Source: Dehalococcoidia bacterium UBA1123 | Lineage (GTDB): Bacteria; Chloroflexota; Dehalococcoidia; Lucifugimonadales; UBA1123 | Reading direction: 5' to 3' | DNA length: 56,265 nt | Assembly: GCA_002313895.1 (NCBI GenBank) | Contig: DCAW01000121.1 | Location: 1-56,265, forward strand | Shown here: positions 37,577 to 46,506 of the stretch, piece by piece | Position numbering within the stretch: position 1 is the stretch's first letter | How the letters are laid out: each line of letters starts with the position of its first letter | The notes under the pieces: model-generated | What the model saw: only the letters and a program-made list of their open reading frames with translations | The model's database searches: none | What the model was told of the DNA's origin: nothing | Made by a program: the position numbers and the translations under genes

Positions 37577-39389
37577 TCATGTCGAGGCCCAGTTCTTCCA
37601 ATTTCGATGCAGGTATGTCGCCTTCGAACGTCCAACCTCGGACACGGTAATAACCAGCGATCATCATGTCCAAGTCATCGTGGCTCAAGCCTACGCCTTT
37701 GCCGACGCCATCCACAAGGTTCTCAGACAAGACCCGACCCGGCAGGGTGTCATCATCGCGAACCCAGCCTTCGCGGATGTTGAACAGCTTTTTCATATTG
37801 TTGATTCTCTCGCCGGCTAGCTTCAACTCGTCCGGAGTTATCGGATAGCCGGTAATTTGCTGAAATACGGAAGCGGACTCGCCGTAAAAATCGTCGAACG
37901 CCTTGCGCAAGAATTTGCACCATATCAGAGAGTCGAGGACGGCTGAGAAGTCCTCACCGTCCATTGTGATCTGCCCTCTAGCATCGTCAGCAGAGAAACG
38001 GTCGACCCGTGCCGAGAAATCCGCTTCGTAGGCTGACGACCGGTTGTGGCAAGCCCCTTTGGTGCTTACCGCCAACCCCAGCGCCATCGTCTTGAGCGAA
38101 CGAGGCTCATATCCGGGCATCTCAAGCCCCTTGACCTGCATGGCCCAGGCGTCGGACCCGCCGCCGACAGACCGTGCTGCTCGAAGACTGCCTTCAGCCA
38201 GGAGATTGCCTATCCCGTCTCTCTTGGCGATCATCTGAAGGCATTCTATCACTGCTTCGGCATTGCCAAAACGCAGGTCGATGCCGCCGGTGTCTTCTAA
38301 TGTGATCAGGCCGCGCTCGAAGGACTCCATCGCCCACGCGATCGTCGCTCCTGCGCTGATCGTGTCCATTCCCATTTCGTCACAAAAGGTTGAAGCTCTG
38401 ATCACTGCGTTTGGATCACCGACGCCCACCAACGAGCCCAGAGCGAAGGCGCTTTCATATTCCATGCGGCCTTGTTTCTTGGTCCCGCCGTCCGTAGTGA
38501 CGACGATCTTCTCACAGCCGATTGTGCAGTTGGCGCAGTGGGAGTTTTTTACGAAATGAGTCTCGTGAAACTCCTCGCCACTAACTTCCTGGGCCGATTC
38601 AAATGTGGTCTGCTGGAAGTTTCGAGTCGGAAGCGTTCCGAGGGCATCAAACACAGCTACATTGGCGAGCGTTCCCAGCGTTCTATATTTCTCAGTGGCA
38701 GGCCCCAGGCTCCGACGGGACAGATCACGGCCAACTTCGTTCAGGCCGTCGGGATCGTACACATCCGGCAAACTGCCGCCCCGCACACCGATTGCTTTGA
38801 GGTTCTTGGACCCCATGACCGCGCCCGTGCCGGTGCGACCCGCCTGACGGCCCCCGTCATTGGCGATGCTGGCGTATCGGACCATGCGTTCTCCGGCTGG
38901 GCCAATGCAGGCTACACGAGTCCAGTGTCCGATCTGTTTTTTAACTTTTGTTTCGGTCTCAAATGTATCGAGGCCCATCAGTCGGGATGCGTCATGAAAA
39001 TTGACTTCGCCGTCGAGGATCGTGAGCAACGTGGGAGTTTCGCTCCGCCCTTTTATTATCAGGGCGTCGCAACCCGACTTCTTCATCTCGACAGCGATAA
39101 AACTGGATGACAAAGAATCGCCGATCATCCCGGTCAATGGAGATTTCGTGAGCACCGCGAATTTGCTGGACGTCGTCAACCTGCTACCGACCAATGGACT
39201 TCCGACAAATATCAGGGGATTGTCGGGGTGAAAAGGATCAACGCCAGCCGGGCAATGTCGGTAGAGCAGATACGCGCCCAGGCCGGTGCCGCCGATGAAC
39301 TTGCGGAGGATTGACTCTGGTATCGCTTCCCATTCGGTTGACTTGGCGCTCAGGTCAACGATTAATGCTCTGCCGTGGTACCCGTACAC
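37545..39389 (-). CDS. aor: tungsten-type aldehyde:ferredoxin oxidoreductase family protein
   Basis: 614 aa. The N-terminus YGYHGRALIVDLS...GGTGLGAYLL, the 4Fe-4S ligands CANCTIGC and KGACHNRS, and full AOR N- and C-domain length are all present. GTG start. Confidence 0.92.
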   Translation of the reverse strand: MYGYHGRALIVDLSAKSTEWEAIPESILRKFIGGTGLGAYLLYRHCPAGVDPFHPDNPLIFVGSPLVGSRLTTSSKFAVLTKSPLTGMIGDSLSSSFIAVEMKKSGCDALIIKGRSETPTLLTILDGEVNFHDASRLMGLDTFETETKVKKQIGHWTRVACIGPAGERMVRYASIANDGGRQAGRTGTGAVMGSKNLKAIGVRGGSLPDVYDPDGLNEVGRDLSRRSLGPATEKYRTLGTLANVAVFDALGTLPTRNFQQTTFESAQEVSGEEFHETHFVKNSHCANCTIGCEKIVVTTDGGTKKQGRMEYESAFALGSLVGVGDPNAVIRASTFCDEMGMDTISAGATIAWAMESFERGLITLEDTGGIDLRFGNAEAVIECLQMIAKRDGIGNLLAEGSLRAARSVGGGSDAWAMQVKGLEMPGYEPRSLKTMALGLAVSTKGACHNRSSAYEADFSARVDRFSADDARGQITMDGEDFSAVLDSLIWCKFLRKAFDDFYGESASVFQQITGYPITPDELKLAGERINNMKKLFNIREGWVRDDDTLPGRVLSENLVDGVGKGVGLSHDDLDMMIAGYYRVRGWTFEGDIPASKLEELGLDMIVQNAETTNV

Positions 39390-39391
39390 GC

Positions 39392-39724
39392 TCAGCCTCC
39401 AGCCTGACTAGAAAATAAAAGAATCTCGTCTCCTGATCGCAGTTCCACCTCTCCATCAATAAATGCCACTCCATTGAGGTTGAATGTGTGGCTGGTCTTC
39501 AATCTTAAAGTATCGATGTCGATAACGGGGCCAACGAGCGAGGGAATCGAACTTTGGATCAGGCGAGCTAACTGGAGTTCTGAACATCTCGCAGGAGCAG
39601 CAATCTCAAGGTGGGTCATCCCGGCGGCGCGCCTCGCCGTTCCGAACAATCGCACCGTGATTTGGACAGTGGCAGAGTTGTCAGGGCCGCGCGTCAATGT
39701 GATATCCAGGTTGTCAGCATTCAT
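39392..39724 (-). CDS. MoaD/ThiS-family ubiquitin-like sulfur-carrier protein (C-terminal Gly-Gly)
   Basis: About 110 aa from ATG 39724, ending ...EILLFSSQAGG-stop. Beta-grasp-like pattern VRLFGTARRAAG. 2-nt spacer to the AOR start. Confidence 0.7.
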   Translation of the reverse strand: MNADNLDITLTRGPDNSATVQITVRLFGTARRAAGMTHLEIAAPARCSELQLARLIQSSIPSLVGPVIDIDTLRLKTSHTFNLNGVAFIDGEVELRSGDEILLFSSQAGG

Positions 39725-40328
39725 TTGCGTGTTGGTTTGCTCTGTCGAGATCGTCCTGGGTGTTGACGTTAAAAAAGCTGAACCTCTGGGGATCAATCCT
39801 TTCCACTTCGTCCTGAGGAATGCTGGTCACTGCCACGTCATCGAAGAATCCGGCGATCTTCAGTCGGCCACTTTCGATTTTTCCGCGGATGTGAGGAATG
39901 CAGACTTTTGAATAGGCCGCGTGAGTCGGCTCCGGCCTGCCATCCAACACAGGGACAACTACGTCAGAGTCTCGGCGATTGTCTACCAGAAGTTTTAGAA
40001 GTTTCTTGTTCAGAAATGGCAAATCACAGGCGACAACCACAATCCATGGCGTCCTGGCTCTGGAGAGACCAGTGTAAATCCCCCCAAGCGAACCGGTGTC
40101 AGGATACTCGTCCACTACAGATTTCACACTAGGAGGCAAGTCTAGCTCCTGGGACCGCTGGTCGTTATTCACGACAACTAGAATCTGATTTGCCACAGAA
40201 CCCACCCGCTCGATAACACGACTGATCAACGGACGTCCTCCAACCAGTTCCAACGCCTTGTTTCGACCGAGCCTTCTGCTCATGCCTCCAGCGAGGATTA
40301 CGCCTGTTATTTCGTCGTTCGATGTCAT
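39714..40328 (-). CDS. mobA: molybdenum cofactor guanylyltransferase
   Basis: ITGVILAGGMSRRLGRNKA N-terminal motif and MobA length. ATG 40328 preferred; GTG 40358 is possible. Confidence 0.85.
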   Translation of the reverse strand: MTSNDEITGVILAGGMSRRLGRNKALELVGGRPLISRVIERVGSVANQILVVVNNDQRSQELDLPPSVKSVVDEYPDTGSLGGIYTGLSRARTPWIVVVACDLPFLNKKLLKLLVDNRRDSDVVVPVLDGRPEPTHAAYSKVCIPHIRGKIESGRLKIAGFFDDVAVTSIPQDEVERIDPQRFSFFNVNTQDDLDRANQHANEC

Positions 40329-40359
40329 GATATCGCCTGTAAAATCAGCGTAACACACC

Positions 40360-42315
40360 TCATTTTAGTGGGCCAGCAATTCTGGCGATCACTTCTCCCA
40401 TTTGCCCGGCGTCATAACCGCCCAACTCCTCTACTTTAATCCGGAAATCCGATGATTGAATCAATTGCAACATGGGGGCAAGAAGTTCTGAATCGTAAAT
40501 ATCTTCAGGTATTGCAAGATCGTACCTTTCGTTGAACAGTGGAATGAAATCCATGCCGATGGCCCGAGCCGCCGACAAGATGCCGAGTCCGACGTTGGCT
40601 CTTCCTCCGGCGACTGCCGCCGCGACAGCAAGGTGCGTATATTCCTCTCGTTCGTAACCGGTGACTTGTTGAGTGTCTATACCAGCCGCAACAAGTTTGT
40701 AATCTAGAAGAACTCTGGTGCCTGAACCGCGTTGTCGGTTAACGAACACGATGTCTTCTCGGGCAAGGTCGTTGAGCGATTCGATACTGGCGGGATTTCC
40801 TTTCGGAATTATGAACCCCTGCACCCGATGCACGAGATTTACCAGGACGACACACTGGTTTCGCACGTAACGTCGCAAAAATGAGACGTTGTACTCGCCA
40901 GACTCTTCGTCCAGCAAATGAGTCCCAGCCAAATGGGCTTCGCCTCGATCAATTGCTCTGAGACCTCCCAAACTGCCGACATTGGAGCTTGCGAATGAAA
41001 CACCGCCTGTGCCGGTTAACTCGCTGGCGATGAGATCAAGCACTAGATCATGGCTTCCTGTCGCGACGATTGTGTGTTCAATGGCTTCCAATGGTCTCAA
41101 TAGGTTAACTGTAACTTGCGTCCCGGCCTCAACGCCTTCACTGAGTCGTGGAATTTTCACCAGTCCGTCGGCTCTAACCAGAGACATAATCACTCCGGCG
41201 CCTCGCTGTATTGGCGTCGCCACCATGCGCTCTCGGACCCGTCCCAATTTGACTCTCAGATATTCGTCTTCTCCCAAAGGAGAATGCACGTTACGAGCTA
41301 TCGTCGCGTCGGCGATATCGCGCGACACTTCTCGGAGACCGAGCGCCTTTTCAATCAGGGGTTTGACGAATAGTTCGCATGACAGAGCGGCAGAGACCGG
41401 ATAGCCAGGGATGCCGAGAGTCGGTTTGCCATTCACGACACCCAACACGACCGGATGTCCAGGTCGGATGGCGACTCCGTGAACCGCAAGCTCACCCAGA
41501 TCAGCGACAATTTCGGCTGTGTAGTCCTCCGAACCGGCGGAAGAGCCTGCGTTGACCAACACGATGTCAGATTCGACAGCCGCATTGGACACAGCGGTCT
41601 TGATCGCTTCGTAGTCGTCAGCCACGGGCGGCGACGTCTGAGAACTGCCTCCCCATTCGTCCACCAAACCTCCGATAATCAGCGAGTTGAATTCAACGAT
41701 GTCACCCGGTTTCAGTGTCGCGCCAATGGGCACAAGTTCCGTGCCTGTGGGAATTATCGTCACCACGGGCTTTCGACTAACCGACACATCAGTTAATCCA
41801 GCGGCGGCGCATGCTCCTAGATCAACTGGTCGAAGGACATGGTTCTTAGGCAGAATCAACTCGGTGGCGACAATATCTTCGCCGATGGGGCGAACGTGAT
41901 GGTAGGGCGGCACAGGCGCTTGAATCTCGATGGTTGCATCGTCGAGTTCGTGGACATGCTCGACCATTATCACCGAGTCGAAACCATCCGGCATCGGATC
42001 GCCGGTGTCGACCCATCTAACCTGATCTGGTGAAGAGAGTCTAAGCGGAGAAGACTCAGTAGCGCCAATCGTCTCTTTGGCTCGGACAGCGATGCCATCC
42101 ATCGCGGCAGCGTCATAGTGAGGCGAGGACGCGACTGCCCAAACTGGCGCCGCTGTGACTCTGCCGCGGGCTTCGATCAACGGAATGGTTTCAAAAGCAG
42201 TGGTTAAGGCGACCCCAGACTGATCGAGTTGGGCGCTGAATCGTTCGAGCGCCTCATCCAGGGGCAAGTCGCTGAGGTAGTAATCTCTTCCGTGGCGATG
42301 ACCTTGTTGACGCAT
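40360..42315 (-). CDS. moeA: molybdopterin molybdo/tungsto-transferase MoeA fused to a C-terminal periplasmic-binding-protein-like (molybdate-binding-type) domain
   Basis: The MoeA core (AAMDGIAVRA, IIPTGTELV, GIPGYPVSA) is followed by about 225 aa resembling type-2 PBP / COG1910-like domains (IVATGSHDLVLDL...VNRQRGSGTRVLLD). ATG 42315 avoids overlap with the upstream moeA. Confidence 0.83.
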   Translation of the reverse strand: MRQQGHRHGRDYYLSDLPLDEALERFSAQLDQSGVALTTAFETIPLIEARGRVTAAPVWAVASSPHYDAAAMDGIAVRAKETIGATESSPLRLSSPDQVRWVDTGDPMPDGFDSVIMVEHVHELDDATIEIQAPVPPYHHVRPIGEDIVATELILPKNHVLRPVDLGACAAAGLTDVSVSRKPVVTIIPTGTELVPIGATLKPGDIVEFNSLIIGGLVDEWGGSSQTSPPVADDYEAIKTAVSNAAVESDIVLVNAGSSAGSEDYTAEIVADLGELAVHGVAIRPGHPVVLGVVNGKPTLGIPGYPVSAALSCELFVKPLIEKALGLREVSRDIADATIARNVHSPLGEDEYLRVKLGRVRERMVATPIQRGAGVIMSLVRADGLVKIPRLSEGVEAGTQVTVNLLRPLEAIEHTIVATGSHDLVLDLIASELTGTGGVSFASSNVGSLGGLRAIDRGEAHLAGTHLLDEESGEYNVSFLRRYVRNQCVVLVNLVHRVQGFIIPKGNPASIESLNDLAREDIVFVNRQRGSGTRVLLDYKLVAAGIDTQQVTGYEREEYTHLAVAAAVAGGRANVGLGILSAARAIGMDFIPLFNERYDLAIPEDIYDSELLAPMLQLIQSSDFRIKVEELGGYDAGQMGEVIARIAGPLK

Positions 42316-42322
42316 GATCGAT

Positions 42323-43564
42323 TCACGGACCGCCGTGCAGCCGGACCTCGACTTGTTCGCCAGCGTATCGGCCACCATCGTCCATTGGAATTGCCATCAT
42401 TCCATCGGAGTTAACCAGCGTGAAAATCAGATTCGACTTGCCGAACACCGGCTCAGCGCATAGGACTCCATTTTCTCGATGAAGGCGAACAGGGATGTGG
42501 TCTTCTCGACCCGCGACGGAGGGAACATCTCTGGAGAGAATCGCCATGACAGGGGGCCAGGCCGGCGACTCTGTTAATCCCGATACAAGATGGATAATCG
42601 GCCTGACCACCAGATCAAACACAACGACCGCCGACACCGGATTGCCGGGCAGTCCGAACAGCGGCTTACCTTTTGCAATGCCCACAATGGTTGGCTTGCC
42701 AGGCTTGATTGATATGCCATGCACGAGCGCTCCGGGTTCGCCCAGACGATTCAACACGTCGATAGTCATATCGCGGCTGCTCAGAGAACTACCGGCTGAA
42801 AATATCAAGACATCAGCTGAATCAAAAGCCCTTTGCGCCACTGCGAGTTGGGCTTCAAAGTTGTCCGGCACCAGATCATAGTTGACCGGCACGGCGCCAC
42901 ATTCCGTGACGCGGGCCGCAATCGTGTAGCTGTTGATGTCACGAACCTGGCCGGGCTTTGGCGTTTCATCGGGCATGACTAACTCGTCGCCTGTAGAGAT
43001 AATTGCAACCCTGGGTTTGCGGACTACTTCGACCTCGGTGATGCCAAGCGCGAGCATGCCACCGACGTCCTGAGAGCGTATTCGGTGGGCTGAAGGCAAA
43101 ACGACATCACCCAACTCGACGTCCTCGGACACCTGAACGACGTTTTCACCTGGAGCCACCGGCGATGTTACTTCGATCGTGTTTTCATCCACGGTCAACG
43201 TGCGCTCGATCATGACCACAGCGTCGGCGCCTTGCGCCAGCATGCCCCCTGTATAGGCCACGGCCGCCTCTCCGATTCTCAGAGAAACTGACGATTGCTG
43301 GCCGGTTGGCACGTCGCCAACGACAGTCAGCAACGCAGGTAGGGACTCCGATGCTCCGTAGGTGTCCTGTGCTCGCACGGAATAACCATCCATGCTAGAC
43401 CTAGCGAATGAAGGTAGTTCTTCCGTCGAAATCACCAATGCGCTAGTAACACGGTGTAGTGAGTCCACCGCTGGTATGGGCTCTGAATGTAGTCGCCGAT
43501 CCAGCCGGCATTTGAGCACCGCCACTGCGTCGGCTGGGGCAACCGTGTTGAAGAATTCGGGCAC
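42323..43564 (-). CDS. moeA: molybdopterin molybdotransferase MoeA (stand-alone paralog)
   Basis: 413 aa with SSMDGYSVRA, ISTGDELV and GLPGNPVSA. Canonical four-domain MoeA length. Confidence 0.9.
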   Translation of the reverse strand: MPEFFNTVAPADAVAVLKCRLDRRLHSEPIPAVDSLHRVTSALVISTEELPSFARSSMDGYSVRAQDTYGASESLPALLTVVGDVPTGQQSSVSLRIGEAAVAYTGGMLAQGADAVVMIERTLTVDENTIEVTSPVAPGENVVQVSEDVELGDVVLPSAHRIRSQDVGGMLALGITEVEVVRKPRVAIISTGDELVMPDETPKPGQVRDINSYTIAARVTECGAVPVNYDLVPDNFEAQLAVAQRAFDSADVLIFSAGSSLSSRDMTIDVLNRLGEPGALVHGISIKPGKPTIVGIAKGKPLFGLPGNPVSAVVVFDLVVRPIIHLVSGLTESPAWPPVMAILSRDVPSVAGREDHIPVRLHRENGVLCAEPVFGKSNLIFTLVNSDGMMAIPMDDGGRYAGEQVEVRLHGGP

Positions 43565-43628
43565 AGGCGCGTCTCAATAGTTTAAAGTGTACCCATTATA
43601 ACTCGTGGAGTCCTATAGCGCGCCAGTA

Positions 43629-45251
43629 TTACAATCCCAGGATGTTGCCCCTCTCGTCGACGTCCAATTGGCGAGGACTGCCGGGCAAACCAGGCATGGT
43701 CACGATATTCCCAGCGATGGGGTAAATGAATCCTGCGCCCACCGAAGCCCGGATGTCGGAAACCTCGAAGGTGTAGTTAGAAGGTCGCCCTTTGAGTGCC
43801 GCCCGGTGGGAGATGGACAGATGGGTTTTCGCCATGCAGATTGGCAGGTTGCCCCAGCCGTTCTCTTCAAACTGCCGCCTGAGCCGTCTGGCTGGTAGCG
43901 CCCACTGAACCCCGTCGGCATTGTAAACAAGTTTCGCGAGCGCTTGCACTTTGTCCAGTATAGGCGCCTCGACATCATAAGCGTAGTTGATCTCAGGGTC
44001 TTCGCCCTCGGTGGCTTCAAGCAGAGCTTGGGCAAGCTCCATGCCGCCTGCTCCGCCTTCGGCGAAAACTTTGCTTTCTACGGCGGCAAACGCTCCGGCT
44101 TCTTCAGCGGCTTTTTTGACAATGGCTGTCTCAGCCGGCGTGTCGGTGGGGAAGTGGTTCAGCGCCACGACAACAGGAAGGTTGAACGACTTTATGACTC
44201 CGATGAGATGTTCGAGATTTTCGACACCCTTTTGCACTGCTTCTTCGTTAGGCGTGTCCAGGTCTCTTGGGCGAACGCCTCCGTGGTACTTGACTGCCCG
44301 CACGGAGGCGACGAGCACCGCAGCGCTGGGCTCCAGGTCATTGAATCGAGCCTTTATGTGCATGAATTTTTCGAATCCGAGGTCCGCCCCGAATCCTGCT
44401 TCTGACAACACGTAATCGGCGTAACCAAGAGCAAGCCTGTCGCCCACCACCGAACTGCATCCGTGGGCTATGTTTCCGAACGGTCCGGCGTGAACGATAA
44501 CGGGCTGACCTTCTGTGGTCTGCACGATGTTGGGTTGGATGGCGTATCTAAGCAGCGCCATCATCGAGCCGACGGCGTTGACGTCGGCGGCAGTGACGGG
44601 TTTGTTGTCGCCGGTGTAGCCGACTACGATGCGACTGATGCGCTCTCGCAAGTTCTCCAAATCGCGGGCCAGCGCGAGGATAGCCATTATCTCGGACGCG
44701 GTAACGATGTCGAATCCTGTTTCGCGCAGAGGGGCGTTGTTCGAGCCGCCGACTCCAGCGATGATCGAACGAATAGCTCGGTCCTCAACATCCATTACAC
44801 GGCGCCAAGTCATACCTTCAGGGCGGAATCCGTCCACCTGGCCTCTCTGCGCAGCGTTATCGGTGAGCGCCGCCAGTAAGTTGTGGGCCGATGCGACTGC
44901 ATGAGCATCGCCTGTGAAATGGATGTTCACCTCGTCTTCGGGTTGAATCAGGGATTTTCCGCCGCCGGTCCCTCCACCTTTGATTCCAAATATAGGGCCA
45001 AGCGAAGGTTCCCGCAAAGTGGCGACCACCTTTTTCCCTAGTCGTCCGAGGCTCTGGGTCAACCCTACGGTCGTTGTTGTTTTGCCTTCTCCTGCCGGGG
45101 TCGGCGTGATCCCAGTGACGACGACCATCTTGCCGCGACGACCACCTTTTTTGATGGCACTCAGCTCAATCTTCGCCTTGAAGTGACCATAGGGAATTAC
45201 CGATTCCCGGTCAAGCCCCAACTCCTCCGCAACCTCGGTGATCGGACGCAT
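43629..45251 (-). CDS. fhs: formate--tetrahydrofolate ligase
   Basis: 540 aa with the P-loop TPAGEGKTTTTVGL and FTHFS family motifs throughout. GGAGGA RBS present. Confidence 0.96.
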   Translation of the reverse strand: MRPITEVAEELGLDRESVIPYGHFKAKIELSAIKKGGRRGKMVVVTGITPTPAGEGKTTTTVGLTQSLGRLGKKVVATLREPSLGPIFGIKGGGTGGGKSLIQPEDEVNIHFTGDAHAVASAHNLLAALTDNAAQRGQVDGFRPEGMTWRRVMDVEDRAIRSIIAGVGGSNNAPLRETGFDIVTASEIMAILALARDLENLRERISRIVVGYTGDNKPVTAADVNAVGSMMALLRYAIQPNIVQTTEGQPVIVHAGPFGNIAHGCSSVVGDRLALGYADYVLSEAGFGADLGFEKFMHIKARFNDLEPSAAVLVASVRAVKYHGGVRPRDLDTPNEEAVQKGVENLEHLIGVIKSFNLPVVVALNHFPTDTPAETAIVKKAAEEAGAFAAVESKVFAEGGAGGMELAQALLEATEGEDPEINYAYDVEAPILDKVQALAKLVYNADGVQWALPARRLRRQFEENGWGNLPICMAKTHLSISHRAALKGRPSNYTFEVSDIRASVGAGFIYPIAGNIVTMPGLPGSPRQLDVDERGNILGL

Positions 45252-45418
45252 GTGCTATCCTCCGAATTTGTTCTCGATTCGATGCCCTTGAAGAACGGAC
45301 GCGCGAATTGTAGCATAAGCACTCTCTAAGTCAATTTCAGGAAATTTCGGTCTGTCAAGTTGGAACATCGGCAGTTTCGAAGCCGAATATCGAAGATTTC
45401 GTTTGTGGAGGGATTACC

Positions 45419-46447
45419 GTGAAAGGCGTTGTGTTTTTGGGCGACAGTGAATTGGAAATTCGTGAACTGCCAAAGCCGTCCGCAGGCTCGGGAGAAGTCG
45501 TAATCGAGATGAAGGCGTCCGGGTTGTGTGGCAGTGACTTGCGGCCTTATCGGATGCCCAAGACGGAAAAGGCCTCTCCCGAGCTCCTGCATGTCGGAGG
45601 CCACGAACCCTGCGGCGTCATCGCGGAAATAGGCCCAAACGTGACGCAGGTGAAGGTCGGAGACCGTGTCATGATGCACCATTACACCGGATGCGGCGCT
45701 TGCTCGATGTGCCGAATCGGGTACACGCAGATGTGCCTCCATCATCACGAAGTATATGGTTCAACAGAGGACGGAGGGCATCAGGACTATCTGCTATGCC
45801 CAGAATCTACGTGTATCAAGATGCCGGACGCGTTGACCTTTGAACAAGGGGCGGCGTGCGCCTGCGGAAGCGGAACCGCGTTCCACGCCCTCAAGAGACT
45901 GGGCATCAGTGCGATGGACACTATCGCCATTTTCGGTCAGGGCCCGGTGGGAGCATCCGGAACGCTGTTCGCCAAGTCGATGGGCGCTCGCGTGATCGCA
46001 GTTGACGTTGTGCCTGAACGGCTGGAACTTGCCAAAAAGTTGGGAGCGGATGCCGTTGTCAATGCCTCAGATGGCAACTCGGTTGAAGCTATCCGGCAAC
46101 TGACTCATGGCGAAGGCCCTGATGCGACACTGGACGCCACCGGCATCTCACAGGTGCGGAACGATGCGGTTGACGCCGTGAAATACTGGGGCCGCGTGTG
46201 TTTTGTTGGGGAGGGCAACACGACGAAGTTTGACGTCAGCCCGCAAATCATTCACAAACAACTGACGATTTATGGCTCGTGGACATTCAGCACTGGCGGT
46301 CTTGCTGAGGTCGCAGATTTCGTTGTTGAGCGAAATGTGCCGCTGGACGATCTGATTACCCAGCGGTTCCAACTAGATCAGGCGGTGGAAGCATACGAGC
46401 TTTTCACAGGCGCGACGACTGGCAAAGTACTGTTCACCTGGGGTTGA
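45419..46447 (+). CDS. zinc-dependent MDR alcohol dehydrogenase
   Basis: 342 aa with GLCGSD, GHEPCGVIAEIG, structural zinc CGACSMC and GQGPVG. GTG start after GGAGGG. Confidence 0.88.
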   Translation: MKGVVFLGDSELEIRELPKPSAGSGEVVIEMKASGLCGSDLRPYRMPKTEKASPELLHVGGHEPCGVIAEIGPNVTQVKVGDRVMMHHYTGCGACSMCRIGYTQMCLHHHEVYGSTEDGGHQDYLLCPESTCIKMPDALTFEQGAACACGSGTAFHALKRLGISAMDTIAIFGQGPVGASGTLFAKSMGARVIAVDVVPERLELAKKLGADAVVNASDGNSVEAIRQLTHGEGPDATLDATGISQVRNDAVDAVKYWGRVCFVGEGNTTKFDVSPQIIHKQLTIYGSWTFSTGGLAEVADFVVERNVPLDDLITQRFQLDQAVEAYELFTGATTGKVLFTWG

Positions 46448-46506
46448 GTCGTGAAATTGCCTTAGATGCGCGACGATTTGCCCGCGCCTGGAGCGGAAAA
46501 TAACTC

